Counted from the first letter of the stretch, positions 20,291 through 30,147 are shown. The stretch: DNA of 64,000 nt from an uncultured Dehalococcoidales bacterium (GCA_964554375.1 CAZKOL010000003.1:7206-71205); one strand, 5' to 3'. Notes: generated by a model not told the origin, from the letters alone. Translations and numbers: made by a program.

Positions 20291-20753
20291 TGCGGGGAAC
20301 GTCACTAAAAACAATAATAACCGCACGGACAATGGTTTAGTGTGGCTATTTTATGGTTATTTTTTAGCTATACGACCACGCAGATATCCCATTGAACGTC
20401 ATTTCATGTGTAGGTCTGTTTCTTAAACGATAAACCTTCTATAAATCATGATTACGCCCAATACGAAAGCCAGGAAAAGACCGGCAATGCTGACATACAA
20501 AATTGTTGAATTATCAGATACTATAAAACTTCCAGCGGATATACTATTTACAGTGACCGGATTCTAAGACCGAGTGCTGCTAAATACGGGGTAAGGTCAA
20601 GCGCAATCTCACATTCAATTATTGTAACTACATTCCGCACGGGCAGATCGAATAATATATGCGCTACCTAATACTCTTTTCACCATTTTCATAGCTAAAA
20701 TGGTATTATTCATACAGGAATGGTAATTATAGATCTGGTTGAAGGAGGTTACA

Positions 20754-21398
20754 ATGCTCACTGTTTCAGAAGCTATTAATCAGCGGCGGAGCATACGCAG
20801 CTTCCGCAGCGACCCGGTGCCGGACGATGCCATCATCGCCATGCTTGAGGCCGCACGTCTTGCCCCATCCGGCAGCAACCGCCAGCCCTGGCGGTTCATA
20901 GTTGTGACGGACAAAGACGAGAAAGCAAAGCTGCGCAAAATATGTTTCGACCAGGCTTTTATCGAAGAGGCGCCCGTAGTGTTCGTCTGCTGTGTCGACC
21001 TCACCGCGTATGCCAGGGCCGCGCGGGAGAAACGTTCCCAGGAGTTTATCGACCATGGCGTACTCGATACGCTGTCGGGATATTTTGCCGATCCGGCGGT
21101 CCGCGAGCTGTTTTTAAACGCTCCGGATACCGACTTGAATGTGCATTTCATGACGGCCATGGCAAATACCTACATTGCAATTGAGCACATGGTATTAACC
21201 GCAACAGCACTGGGGCTGGGTTCCTGCTGGGTGGGAGCAATAGGCAGCGCCGAGGAGATGAATGCGATTTTCCATCTCCCCCCGGCTACATTCGTTGTCG
21301 CCGTGCTGCCGGTGGGACATCCTGCCAAGCTCCCGCCGCCCCGTCCACGTATCTCCTTGGATGCAATCCTGCTGCGTCCTTTGCACGTCCGGCCCTGA
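20754..21398 (+). CDS. nitroreductase family protein
   Basis: RRSIRSF...LAPSGSNRQPWRF motif. Start moved to the ATG that sits 5 nt after the GAAGGAGG RBS; the ORF-track start at 20739 is a TTG. Confidence 0.7.
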   Translation: MLTVSEAINQRRSIRSFRSDPVPDDAIIAMLEAARLAPSGSNRQPWRFIVVTDKDEKAKLRKICFDQAFIEEAPVVFVCCVDLTAYARAAREKRSQEFIDHGVLDTLSGYFADPAVRELFLNAPDTDLNVHFMTAMANTYIAIEHMVLTATALGLGSCWVGAIGSAEEMNAIFHLPPATFVVAVLPVGHPAKLPPPRPRISLDAILLRPLHVRP

Positions 21399-21481
21399 CC
21401 TGGATCCGTGGCCATTTATTGGGCGCATTCATCTATGGGTTCAGGACGCTGCCTCCTGTTTAAGCTATTACGGATGATGCG

Positions 21482-22036
21482 CTAGTCATAGTCATAGTAA
21501 TCATCCCAATCGTGATCATCGTAATCGTAATAATGGTGCGGGCTGGGCGTGCCGGTCACGGTAAACGTAACTTCACCTTCTATCCCCGTAACTACATCCT
21601 GGCAAACAGCACGATAGCTTCCGTTTGGCCATCCATAAGGATGAATCTCGATATCCGTGTCGCCATCCCACTCGGAAAAGGCCGTTAAGGATCTGTGGAT
21701 TTTGCCATCGGAGCCATAGATAGTGACTTTGACCTGACTGCCAGGAGTCAAGCCAATTATTCGAAGATCGAAATCTCCATAAGGCGATACCACTGGGGGA
21801 TCGGCATAGACCCACAGGCGGTTTGAAGCCGCGGTTGGATTTTGAATCGGGGGCATGGTTGCAGGTGTCTGATTCTGAACAGGCTGCTGAACAACAGGCT
21901 GTTGAACAACAGGCTGCTGTGGAGCCGGAACATATACTGTACGAGTGCACCCGAACGATGCCACTAATAGCGTCAACAGAATTACAGCTAACATGATCGA
22001 CCAAATAGTGCGGCTGAGATTCCAATCTTTAATCAC
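21482..22036 (-). CDS. secreted/membrane-anchored repeat protein with acidic aromatic tail
   Basis: N-terminal hydrophobic signal/anchor and a PQQPVVQQPVVQQPVQNQ repeat. The C-terminal tail is HHYYDYDDHDWDDYYDYD. Start chosen at the GTG 6 nt after a GGAGG RBS. Confidence 0.4.
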   Translation of the reverse strand: MIKDWNLSRTIWSIMLAVILLTLLVASFGCTRTVYVPAPQQPVVQQPVVQQPVQNQTPATMPPIQNPTAASNRLWVYADPPVVSPYGDFDLRIIGLTPGSQVKVTIYGSDGKIHRSLTAFSEWDGDTDIEIHPYGWPNGSYRAVCQDVVTGIEGEVTFTVTGTPSPHHYYDYDDHDWDDYYDYD

Positions 22037-22383
22037 AAACGTTCCTCCTTTCATTATTGATTCGCCACTATTGTATTCGTAGTGCAACCCGTTAATCAAG
22101 CCGGAAGCGGCTGAGTAACCCGCCTGCCGGTATGCGATATGATATGCGGGTGACAAGGCGCTGGCGGTTTTTGGAAATGGCGATCTCTGGATTGGTGGAG
22201 GTCATAAAAGCGCAACCTGATTGGAGTCCTGCTGTTATATATCTGACAGCACGGGGCTATGCACTTACTCTGTGAAGTAAACAGCCAACTACTGAAAGGC
22301 TGTAAAATGTGGCTCTACAGTCTATTTTAAAAAGCACCAGGGCGCAAAGCGGTAGTATACTATTATTTAGGGGAAAAACTGAG

Positions 22384-23193
22384 ATGCCTCAGGTCAAAGC
22401 AAACGATATCAACCTCTACTACGAGATTAGCGGGGAAGGTCCGCCGCTGCTGCTGATCAACGGCTACGGGGACCATGCCGGGCACTGGTTCTGTATGCGG
22501 CCGGCGCTGGAAGGAAGTTTTAAAGTGATAACCTTCGACAACCGCGGCGCAGGACGCAGTGATAAGCCGGATGTTCCCTATACGATGAAGATGCTGGCAG
22601 GCGACGCTGCGGCGCTGCTTGATTCACTGTGCATTACAAGGGCGAATGTTTTCGGCGTCTCCATGGGTGGCATGGTGGCCCAGGAGCTCGCGCTGGGCTA
22701 TCCGCAAAAACTCAATAGTCTGGTGCTGGGATGCACGATCCCCGGAGGGATAAATACGGTCTACCCGGAAACCGAGGCGCTGGCATTCCTGCTGGACGGT
22801 GAGCGGAGCAAGCGACTCACGCCTGCGGAAATGGCCCGTGAGATGTGGGCTTACACCTGCACGGCTGCCTTCATACAGGCACACCCGGAGGTGGGAGAGG
22901 AATATGTAAGGGTCACGACGATGTTAGCGGCGCCGCCACACGGGCTGCAGCGGCAGGGCGACGCTATCGCAGGACACGACATTTATGACAGGTTGCCCGG
23001 CATCGAGTTGCCAACGCTGGTGATCGCCGGCGTGGAGGATAGGCTTGTCCCTCCACAGAACTCAATAAATCTGGCAGAGCGTATACCTGGTGCGAAAGTC
23101 GTTTTACTGGAGAAGGCCGGACATGGCTTCTTCTATGAAGCTGCAGAGAGGGCCGGTAATGTCATTACTGACTTTTTGATTGCACGACACTAA
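22384..23193 (+). CDS. alpha/beta-fold hydrolase
   Basis: HG-motif region (INGYGDHAGHW), nucleophile elbow GVSMGG and a C-terminal His region. Confidence 0.6.
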   Translation: MPQVKANDINLYYEISGEGPPLLLINGYGDHAGHWFCMRPALEGSFKVITFDNRGAGRSDKPDVPYTMKMLAGDAAALLDSLCITRANVFGVSMGGMVAQELALGYPQKLNSLVLGCTIPGGINTVYPETEALAFLLDGERSKRLTPAEMAREMWAYTCTAAFIQAHPEVGEEYVRVTTMLAAPPHGLQRQGDAIAGHDIYDRLPGIELPTLVIAGVEDRLVPPQNSINLAERIPGAKVVLLEKAGHGFFYEAAERAGNVITDFLIARH

Positions 23194-23221
23194 CGGCGTA
23201 TTCTATTAAAGGTGATATCCT

Positions 23222-23827
23222 ATGGATACAATACTTAATTTGCTCAGGGATTTCGGCCTGACATTCGTGCCGCTGTTCGTTGCGATGGACTCCATCAGCA
23301 CTGTGCCTATACTGCTGTCGCTTACGCATGATCTGGCCGATAAAAAAAGAAACAGCGTAATACGCAACGCCTTGATCTATGCGCTGGCGCTGGGCCTCAT
23401 TTTCATAGTAGTCGGGAAGGGCATCTTCCTTTTCCTTGGCATCACGGTGAACGATTTCCTGGTGGCAGGCGGGTTGATACTGTTCCTGCTTGGCGCCAAG
23501 GAGCTGGTGGTGGGGAAGATGTTCGAAGCGCAGGCTATCGCAGGCGAGAATGTGATAGCTGTGGTGCCTCTGGCCACGCCGCTGGTGGTAGGTCCCGCCG
23601 TGCTTACCACTCTGCTGATCCTGACCGACCAGTATCACATTGTGATGGTCACGTTTTCGTTTATAGTAAACCTGCTGATATCATGGCTGCTATTTGCTCA
23701 GGCAAACAGGCTGGTCAGGGTGTTGGGGCATGGAGGGGTGCTGGCGCTATCCAAAGTGTTTGCACTGCTGCTGGCGGCCATCGCTGTGAGCATGATCCAC
23801 CGGGGCATAATGGCGTTTATAGGATAA
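23222..23827 (+). CDS. MarC family integral membrane protein
   Basis: Six predicted TM segments and a conserved N-terminus FVPLFVAMDSISTVPILLSL. Confidence 0.65.
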   Translation: MDTILNLLRDFGLTFVPLFVAMDSISTVPILLSLTHDLADKKRNSVIRNALIYALALGLIFIVVGKGIFLFLGITVNDFLVAGGLILFLLGAKELVVGKMFEAQAIAGENVIAVVPLATPLVVGPAVLTTLLILTDQYHIVMVTFSFIVNLLISWLLFAQANRLVRVLGHGGVLALSKVFALLLAAIAVSMIHRGIMAFIG

Positions 23828-23843
23828 TGATAGATATAGGATA

Positions 23844-23922
23844 GACGGGCCTGTAGGGGCGTACCTTCAGGTGCGCCCGAGAGGCCACAAGAGCGGACAG
23901 GCCTGAAGGCCCGTCCCTACAG
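23844..23922. repeat. REP-like palindromic intergenic repeat (modules X and Y)
   Basis: GTAGGGGCGTACCTTCAGGTGCGCCCG plus GCGGACAGGCCTGAAGGCCCGTCCCTAC. The same modules recur at 27.5/30.15, 32.25, 36.69 and 42.07 kb. Confidence 0.6.
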
Positions 23923-23936
23923 AAAGGAGGAGTGAT

Positions 23937-24545
23937 ATGTGGCTATGCAGCAATTGCCGGCACCTTGAGATTGCAGAGCGCAAGCCGGAGCACTGTCCGG
24001 TCTGCGGCGCGGCGCCCGATAAGCTGGTTGAATACAAGGATGATAAGATCAAGGGCACAAAAACTCTAAAGAACCTGCAGGTGGGCTTTGCGGCGGAATC
24101 CAAGGCCAACATACGCGACCAGGCCTTCGCCATCAAGGCCGACCAGGAGGGTTACCCCGCCATAGCCGGCCTGTTCAGGGCCATCGCTGAATCCGAGGCC
24201 GTCCATGCCTTCCACCAACTGCGGCTGCTGGGCGTGATCGCCGATACCCAGGAGAACCTTCAGGCTGCCTTTGAACGAGAGAATCTGGCCACCGAGGCCT
24301 ATCCTGAGTTTATCAAGGATGCCGGCGACGAGGGAAACAATGCAGTGGCCACCATATTCGGATATCACCGTGATGTTGAAAGGGGCCATGCCAAGTTATA
24401 TGAAAAGGCTTTGGATCGCCTGATGGACCCGCAGGGTGTCGACTACTATGTGTGCAGCGTTTGTGGCTACGTGAGCGTGGGTTTGGCGCCGGACGAGTGC
24501 CCCATCTGCAAAGCCCCCAAAGACAAGTTCAGGCGCATCGATTAG
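23937..24545 (+). CDS. rubrerythrin with N- and C-terminal rubredoxin-like domains
   Basis: N-terminal CxxC-x12-CxxC, a ferritin-like diiron core (E..ExxH pairs) and a C-terminal CxxC-x11-CxxC. RBS GGAGGAG. Confidence 0.75.
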   Translation: MWLCSNCRHLEIAERKPEHCPVCGAAPDKLVEYKDDKIKGTKTLKNLQVGFAAESKANIRDQAFAIKADQEGYPAIAGLFRAIAESEAVHAFHQLRLLGVIADTQENLQAAFERENLATEAYPEFIKDAGDEGNNAVATIFGYHRDVERGHAKLYEKALDRLMDPQGVDYYVCSVCGYVSVGLAPDECPICKAPKDKFRRID

Positions 24546-24575
24546 TATCCGGCTACCAGGGCCAATTCAATAGTC

Positions 24576-26564
24576 TCAGCCGCGCAGCTTTAAATACATC
24601 TGCTCGAGGTCTTCCAGCCACAGTGCGGGTTCAGCATCCGATGGCATCCTCCAGTCGCCCCGAGGGGACAGGCTCACGGAGCCGATCTTCGGTCCCTCGG
24701 GCAGGCAGGTCCGCTTGAACTGGTTGGCGAAAAAGCGCCTGATGAAATTTACCAGCCACCTGTTGAGGTCTTCCGGCGTATAGCGGCCGTCGAAAAGCTT
24801 CTGCTTTCTGGCCTCATTGGCTAAAAATAGTATCTTGCCCGGGCGCGTACCGAAGCGGACAAATGGATAAAGATAGAAATCGGCCAGCTCTACCGGGCCG
24901 ATGACGTCCTCGCTCCTCTGCGCAATCTGTCCCTTAACAGGCCGTCTCAGCTCGGGGGAGATGGGTGTATCCAGCACGTCCCTCAGTATTTTCTGCGCGG
25001 GCGACCCCGCCAGCTCCTCGTCGGCCACCCAGCGGATGAGATAGCGCACCAGAGTCTTGGGCACAGAAACGTTGATGTCGTAATGCGACATATGGTCGCC
25101 CGAGAAGGTGCTCCAGCCCAGGGCCACCTCGGTCAGGTCACCCGTACCCAGCAGTATGGCGTTCAGCCCGTTGGCCCTGTTGAAAAGGAACTCGGTGCGG
25201 TAGCGCGCCTGTATATTTTCGAAGACCACGTCCTCACGGCCGTCATGCCCGAGATCATCCATGTGCGCTTTGCACGTCTTTGTGATATCAACGCGCTCGA
25301 AGCTCACGCCCAGGGCTTTACATAATTCAGTAGCGTTGTCCCTCGTCCTGCGCGTGGTGCCGAAGCCGGGTAGTGTGCATGCAGTAACGTTTTTCACGGG
25401 CAGTTTAAGATAATCCATGGTCCTGACTGCCACCAGAAGGGCCAGTGTGGAATCAAGCCCGCCGGAGACGCCCAGCACGATGCGGCTAATGTGGGCCCCG
25501 GAGAGCTTTTTGGCCAGGGCGGCCACCTGCATGGAAAACATATCGCGGCACCTTTGCGCGCGCTTATCGGTATCCCCGGGGACAAAAGGATGAGGGTCGA
25601 TCGTCCTCACGAGGCTGTTGGCTGGGATATCGGTCACGGCTGCCTCTATGATGCGGAAGGGTTTTATGTGACCGGGCGACTGGCGGAAGCTGGTCAGCGA
25701 CACACGGTCGTGTACCAGGCGGTCGACGTCGATATCGGAAATGGTCAGGCCAGTATTACGCTCGAAAATGTGCGATTCGGCCAGCAGGCTGCCGTTCTCG
25801 GCGATCAGTGTGTGTCCGCCGAAGACGACATCGTTGGACGATTCGCCCATGCCGGTAGATACATAGCAGCAGGCTGCGGCGCATCTGCCCGACTCAGAGG
25901 TGACCATGGACCGGCGCCACTCCGCTTTGGCCAGGACTTCGTTGCTGGCGGAGATGTTGAGCAGCACTGTCGCCCCGGCGAGGGACTGGTATTCATGTGG
26001 GGCCAGCGGCACCCACATATCCTCGCAGATCTCCACGCCTATCATGGCCGATGGAAATCCCCGCAACGAGATAAGGACATTGGCGCCGAATGCAACGACC
26101 CTGTCTCTAATATGGACTATATCGGAGCAGGCATCCTCAGAGGAAACAAACCACCGGTTCTCGTAGAACTCCTTGTAAGACGGTAAGTATGTTTTAGGTA
26201 TGACAGCCAGAACCTGCCCACCGTTCAGCACTGCCGCACAGTTAAAGATCTTTTGGTCTATGCAGATGGGCAGGCCGGCCACTATCAACATGCCGCCGTC
26301 TGCGCTGCGCTCAGCCAGCCGCATCAGACCTTCTTCAGCCTTTGCCAGCAAGGATTGCTGCTGAACCAGGTCAGCTATGGTGTAGCCCGTGATCGACATC
26401 TCGGGGAAGGCCAGCACCTGCACGCCCTTTGACCTGGCCTGTTTGACCATGTCCAGCATGGCGTCGACATTGAAATCGACGTCGGCCACCCTCAGTTCGG
26501 GGACAGCCGCGGCTATCCTCAGAAATCCCAGGTCTCTGTTCAAAAATATCTTTTGTACCGCCAT
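24576..26564 (-). CDS. nadE: glutamine-dependent NAD+ synthetase
   Basis: N-terminal CN-hydrolase domain plus an NAD synthase domain with a PP-loop (GVSGGLDSTL). Confidence 0.85.
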   Translation of the reverse strand: MAVQKIFLNRDLGFLRIAAAVPELRVADVDFNVDAMLDMVKQARSKGVQVLAFPEMSITGYTIADLVQQQSLLAKAEEGLMRLAERSADGGMLIVAGLPICIDQKIFNCAAVLNGGQVLAVIPKTYLPSYKEFYENRWFVSSEDACSDIVHIRDRVVAFGANVLISLRGFPSAMIGVEICEDMWVPLAPHEYQSLAGATVLLNISASNEVLAKAEWRRSMVTSESGRCAAACCYVSTGMGESSNDVVFGGHTLIAENGSLLAESHIFERNTGLTISDIDVDRLVHDRVSLTSFRQSPGHIKPFRIIEAAVTDIPANSLVRTIDPHPFVPGDTDKRAQRCRDMFSMQVAALAKKLSGAHISRIVLGVSGGLDSTLALLVAVRTMDYLKLPVKNVTACTLPGFGTTRRTRDNATELCKALGVSFERVDITKTCKAHMDDLGHDGREDVVFENIQARYRTEFLFNRANGLNAILLGTGDLTEVALGWSTFSGDHMSHYDINVSVPKTLVRYLIRWVADEELAGSPAQKILRDVLDTPISPELRRPVKGQIAQRSEDVIGPVELADFYLYPFVRFGTRPGKILFLANEARKQKLFDGRYTPEDLNRWLVNFIRRFFANQFKRTCLPEGPKIGSVSLSPRGDWRMPSDAEPALWLEDLEQMYLKLRG

Positions 26565-26722
26565 ACTTCACCCCTGAAAAGTCAGCCCAGTTTTAAGACA
26601 ACTGAAAGGCCTTTTCCCTCTGAATAGTGCAGTGCCCCCGGGCTTTGGCTATAATAAACCGTCGCCCGGATAAAATCAAAACCGGCCATAACATATTTTA
26701 AGGTTTTCCCGGAGAAATTCAT

Positions 26723-27469
26723 ATGTTCAAACTAGTTTTACTGCGCCACGGCGAGAGCGCCTGGAACAGGGAGAACAGGTTCACAGGGTGGACCGATGTG
26801 GACCTTTCGGAAAAAGGCATGCTGGAGGCCAGACAGGCCGGGGCTATACTGAAGAAGGAAGGATATACCTTTGACCTGGCGTTCACCTCCGTTTTGAAGC
26901 GCGCCATACGTACGTTGTGGATAGTGCAGGACGAGATGGACCTGATGTGGATACCGGTTAAGAAATCGTGGCGCCTGAACGAGAAACATTACGGGGCTTT
27001 GCAGGGGCTGAACAAGTCCGAAACGGCTAAAAAATTCGGCGAGGATCAGGTGCTGGTCTGGCGCAGGAGCTACGATGTACCGCCTCCGCCGCTGGAAAAG
27101 GGCGATCCTCGCAGCCCGGCTGGCGAGCCGTGCTACCGGGAGCTCAAGCCGGGACAGGTACCGCTCTCGGAGAGCCTCAAGGACACCTACCGGAGGTGTT
27201 TGCCCTACTGGCACAGGTCCATCGCCCCGGCGGTAAAGTCCGGTAAAAAAGTAATAGTCTCGGCCCACGGCAACAGCCTGCGGGCGCTGGTCAAGTACCT
27301 GGACAATGTGCCGGACAGCGACATCGTCGCACTCAACATCCCCACCGGCATACCGCTGGTCTACGAACTGGACGGCAACCTCAAGAGAACCAGCAGCCGC
27401 TACCTGGCGAGCGAGCAGGAGCTCGAGCAGGCCATGAAAGCAGTGGCCGACCAGGGCAAAGCTAAATAG
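26723..27469 (+). CDS. gpmA: 2,3-bisphosphoglycerate-dependent phosphoglycerate mutase
   Basis: [29 protein letters not shown] and the RSYDVPPP motif. Confidence 0.9.
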   Translation: MFKLVLLRHGESAWNRENRFTGWTDVDLSEKGMLEARQAGAILKKEGYTFDLAFTSVLKRAIRTLWIVQDEMDLMWIPVKKSWRLNEKHYGALQGLNKSETAKKFGEDQVLVWRRSYDVPPPPLEKGDPRSPAGEPCYRELKPGQVPLSESLKDTYRRCLPYWHRSIAPAVKSGKKVIVSAHGNSLRALVKYLDNVPDSDIVALNIPTGIPLVYELDGNLKRTSSRYLASEQELEQAMKAVADQGKAK

Positions 27470-27691
27470 CGCAGGGGTAGGCCGCTATGCAAACATGTAG
27501 GGACAGGCCTTCAGGGGTTCTGTTATAACCCTATTGATAGGCGAATTATAGCATGGGTTCTATACTCGCTTCTATTCTTTGATTTCATCGCATTCGTACT
27601 ACTAAATATTAGTCTTGGGTTTAGTGATCCTTACGTAGAAAGGAAAATATGCTATATAGCGTTAATCATATTGATTTCGCTACTGCTTATA

Positions 27692-27925
27692 TTATTTTAC
27701 GAATATAAGCACCCCAGCAACAAGAACGGCTCCAACAAACAATGCGGCGATCATAAGAATAAACTTGCCTTGCATGTCTATCCCAAAATCAAGTGTAGAA
27801 GTCTGAGTGTCTTTAGAAAGATTTTCAGATGGGGCATTACTGGTACTGCTCAACAAAAACCAGCAAATTGCCACGACTACAATCGTGATGATAATAATAG
27901 CGATCAATTTACTCATAATCCACAC
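27692..27925 (-). CDS. small hydrophobic membrane protein (passenger ORF)
   Basis: 77 aa with two predicted TM helices, inside the AT-rich element. No recognisable family. Confidence 0.25.
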   Translation of the reverse strand: MWIMSKLIAIIIITIVVVAICWFLLSSTSNAPSENLSKDTQTSTLDFGIDMQGKFILMIAALFVGAVLVAGVLIFVK

Positions 27926-28176
27926 ATACCTCCAAAGGCCGAAAAGTAATGACTATTACATCAATCTTATCAATTGCATCTTACTCAAATAAAATAGGAG
28001 GAAAACAAAATGGCAAAAAATATCAGGACAGAATTAATGACAACCCTAATCAACAGGACAAGCAAGGCTCCTGTCAAAACTCAGCGTAGTTTCATGATGA
28101 AGCATTGGAATGATCCAGTAGCCAAGCTTGAAAAGATGGTTAAAGAAGTCAAAGTCATAAACAAGCGCATTGTGCT

Positions 28177-28515
28177 TTAGAGCAATCCACTGGACTTCAA
28201 ATATGGATATGCCTTGATGTATATAGGTAGTTTTTTATATTTGCGCACATGGCTAAGGACAGCCTTTACTTCCATTTGCTTTGGATCATCGAAATTTCCA
28301 GCTAATGTGCATAAGAAGTATTTGCCCTTTGGACATCTTCTATTGCGAAGATGGGCAAGCAATCGTCCTTTTATGCTTGTCCGTGCGCTTGTACTGCTGC
28401 CTATATACACAGGCACTCTATTGATATCGCCTATCATGTATATTCCGACAAGGCCATCTTTAAGAACTGAGATATTATCACGTGTAAATTCGTACCACCT
28501 ATTTTCTACTGGCAT
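28177..28515 (-). CDS. GIY-YIG-like nuclease domain protein (passenger ORF)
   Basis: GIYMIGD...VYIGSSTS...R..H spacing resembles the GIY-YIG motif; 112 aa. Confidence 0.4.
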   Translation of the reverse strand: MPVENRWYEFTRDNISVLKDGLVGIYMIGDINRVPVYIGSSTSARTSIKGRLLAHLRNRRCPKGKYFLCTLAGNFDDPKQMEVKAVLSHVRKYKKLPIYIKAYPYLKSSGLL

Positions 28516-28630
28516 AAACCACCTCCTCTTTGATTATCTTACACGGGCAGATCATTTATTTCAATCGGTAATTTACAAAAATGTATCTATAACTATTGTG
28601 TGAGTACGTAATGCTTAATAGAATTGAAAG

Positions 28631-29695
28631 GTGCAATACATCGTGGAAGAAGTAACTTGTAAATACTGTAACTCAAACAACATCGTAAAAGATGGCACTA
28701 ATATTGGTGAACAGTATTACCTTTGCCGTTCATGCAATAAACGATTTAACCTCAAAGATGCATTGGTACATATGAAAACCCCTGTAAGTGCCGTATCTGC
28801 TGCTGTTTCTATGTATTACAGAGGAATGTCGATTAGTAATATTCGGGACGAATTGAAACAGCTATATAATCTAGATGTATCTGATTTTGCAGTCTATAAC
28901 TGGATTGAACGGTTTACCAAAGATGCTATAAAGATAACAGGGAACTATCATCCTGATACTGGTTACGTTTGGCTTGCAGATGAAACAGTTATTGATGTAG
29001 CAGGCAAACAGTACTGGCTGATCGATGTAATTGACCTCAAAACCCGCTTTCTTTTGGCCTCTAGGCTATCAGCGCATCGTTATATGGATGATATAAGGGA
29101 AACATTCAAAGAAGCTTACAATCGGGCTGGAAAGATGCCAAAAGTCATAATGACAGACCACCTGGTTGGATATGTACGTGCTATCCCATCAGTATTTGGC
29201 ACTAATACAAAACACTTACAGGTTGAAAAGCTCACATCGAAGCCAAACAATAACATTATTGAACGCTTGCATGGTACGATTAAATCACGCACAAAGATAA
29301 TGCGAGACCTGAAAAGTCCTGAGACAGCGGAATTAATACTCGATGGTTTCTTTGTGCATTATAACTTCATAAGACCGCATGAAACGCTATCAAAATCTGG
29401 CGATGATATAACACCTGCTATGAAAGCTAACATCAAGTTTCCTTATGAGAATTGGGAGCAATTGATACGGAATAGCCAAGTTGCTAAAGCGGAACCACCA
29501 CCTGCAAGATTTGATGTCCCTCATCTACCTGTTTATCCAATCAGTGAGAGAGAAAGGAAACAGGAATATGAGCGGATACGTAAACAAGAAAGAAGAAGGC
29601 AGTTAAAACTCGGTATGCCGCCTCTACGCAAACGCGGCCCAGCTAAACCAAAGAATATACAAGTAGCTATTCAGGCAGTAAGGACGGATAAATAA
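28631..29695 (+). CDS. IS6-family transposase with N-terminal zinc ribbon
   Basis: CKYCNS...CRSCN zinc finger. DDE-region blocks WLADETVIDVAGKQYWLIDVID, IMTDHLVGY and NNNIIERLHGTIKSR match the IS6 catalytic core (DETY...D, TD..Y, NNRIE..H..IK.R). Basic C-terminal tail. Confidence 0.75.
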   Translation: MQYIVEEVTCKYCNSNNIVKDGTNIGEQYYLCRSCNKRFNLKDALVHMKTPVSAVSAAVSMYYRGMSISNIRDELKQLYNLDVSDFAVYNWIERFTKDAIKITGNYHPDTGYVWLADETVIDVAGKQYWLIDVIDLKTRFLLASRLSAHRYMDDIRETFKEAYNRAGKMPKVIMTDHLVGYVRAIPSVFGTNTKHLQVEKLTSKPNNNIIERLHGTIKSRTKIMRDLKSPETAELILDGFFVHYNFIRPHETLSKSGDDITPAMKANIKFPYENWEQLIRNSQVAKAEPPPARFDVPHLPVYPISERERKQEYERIRKQERRRQLKLGMPPLRKRGPAKPKNIQVAIQAVRTDK

Positions 29696-29868
29696 GCACA
29701 ATGTTCTATTATGTCTTAAATACCGTTTTGAATAGTGGGCTTACACAACATCAAAAGGATGCGATTTTAAGTTACATTTTACTACTGGCTATTGTTATGT
29801 GTTTGGAAAGCGTAGCTTTATTTATAACATTGGTGACAGTTGTGAAATTGAGAAGATCAGCCAAGAAG

Positions 29869-30081
29869 TTACAGGCTTGTAAAAAATGATGCAATTTCTT
29901 CCCATAGTAAAATCAAACCCACAGCGTTGAGTAAAATTATGAATACTATTACATATCCAGTCGGGTCAAGCACTGACATCTGTAATAGAAGTAGGTTTAG
30001 TACCCATCCTACTAAGATATCAACAGCAATAACCACTACCAGAGATATTAACCCAAGAATGATTTTTATGATGTTATCCAT
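29869..30081 (-). CDS. small hydrophobic ORF (passenger, uncertain)
   Basis: 70 aa, entirely hydrophobic, inside the element. Could be non-coding. Confidence 0.15.
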   Translation of the reverse strand: MDNIIKIILGLISLVVVIAVDILVGWVLNLLLLQMSVLDPTGYVIVFIILLNAVGLILLWEEIASFFTSL

Positions 30082-30147
30082 CGATGTTAGTATAGGAGGG
30101 TGACAATATGAACGTCAATAGAGTTATAACAGAACCCCTTCAGGCCT

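Larger units (their letters stand above)
27516..30147 (+). mobile_element. IS6-family-bounded 2.6 kb element with passenger genes
   Basis: Perfect 14-bp terminal inverted repeats: GGTTCTGTTATAAC at 27516-27529 and its reverse complement at 30134-30147. Direct 8-bp CCTTCAGG on both flanks (27508-27515 and 30148-30155). Interior is roughly 35% GC against about 57% outside, and encodes an IS6-like transposase. Confidence 0.7.

Noticed and set aside
20440-20530. Tiny hydrophobic peptide ORF (~27 aa) in the AT-rich region after glgB
   Set aside because: Too short, with no RBS and nothing to compare it with in this window. Mentioned only as a possibility.
20739-20753. Upstream TTG start for the nitroreductase from the ORF track
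   Set aside because: The ATG at 20754 sits 5 nt after a GAAGGAGG RBS. The TTG would place the RBS inside the coding sequence.
25491-26186. 231-aa plus-strand ORF inside nadE
   Set aside because: An Arg/Gly-rich antisense translation of a highly conserved gene; not credible.
27516-30147. Interpreting the island as an ordinary ~0.8-1.3 kb IS6 copy
   Set aside because: The only matching inverted repeats are 2.6 kb apart and share a single 8-bp duplication. No second internal IR copy was found by eye, so the whole span is treated as one element.
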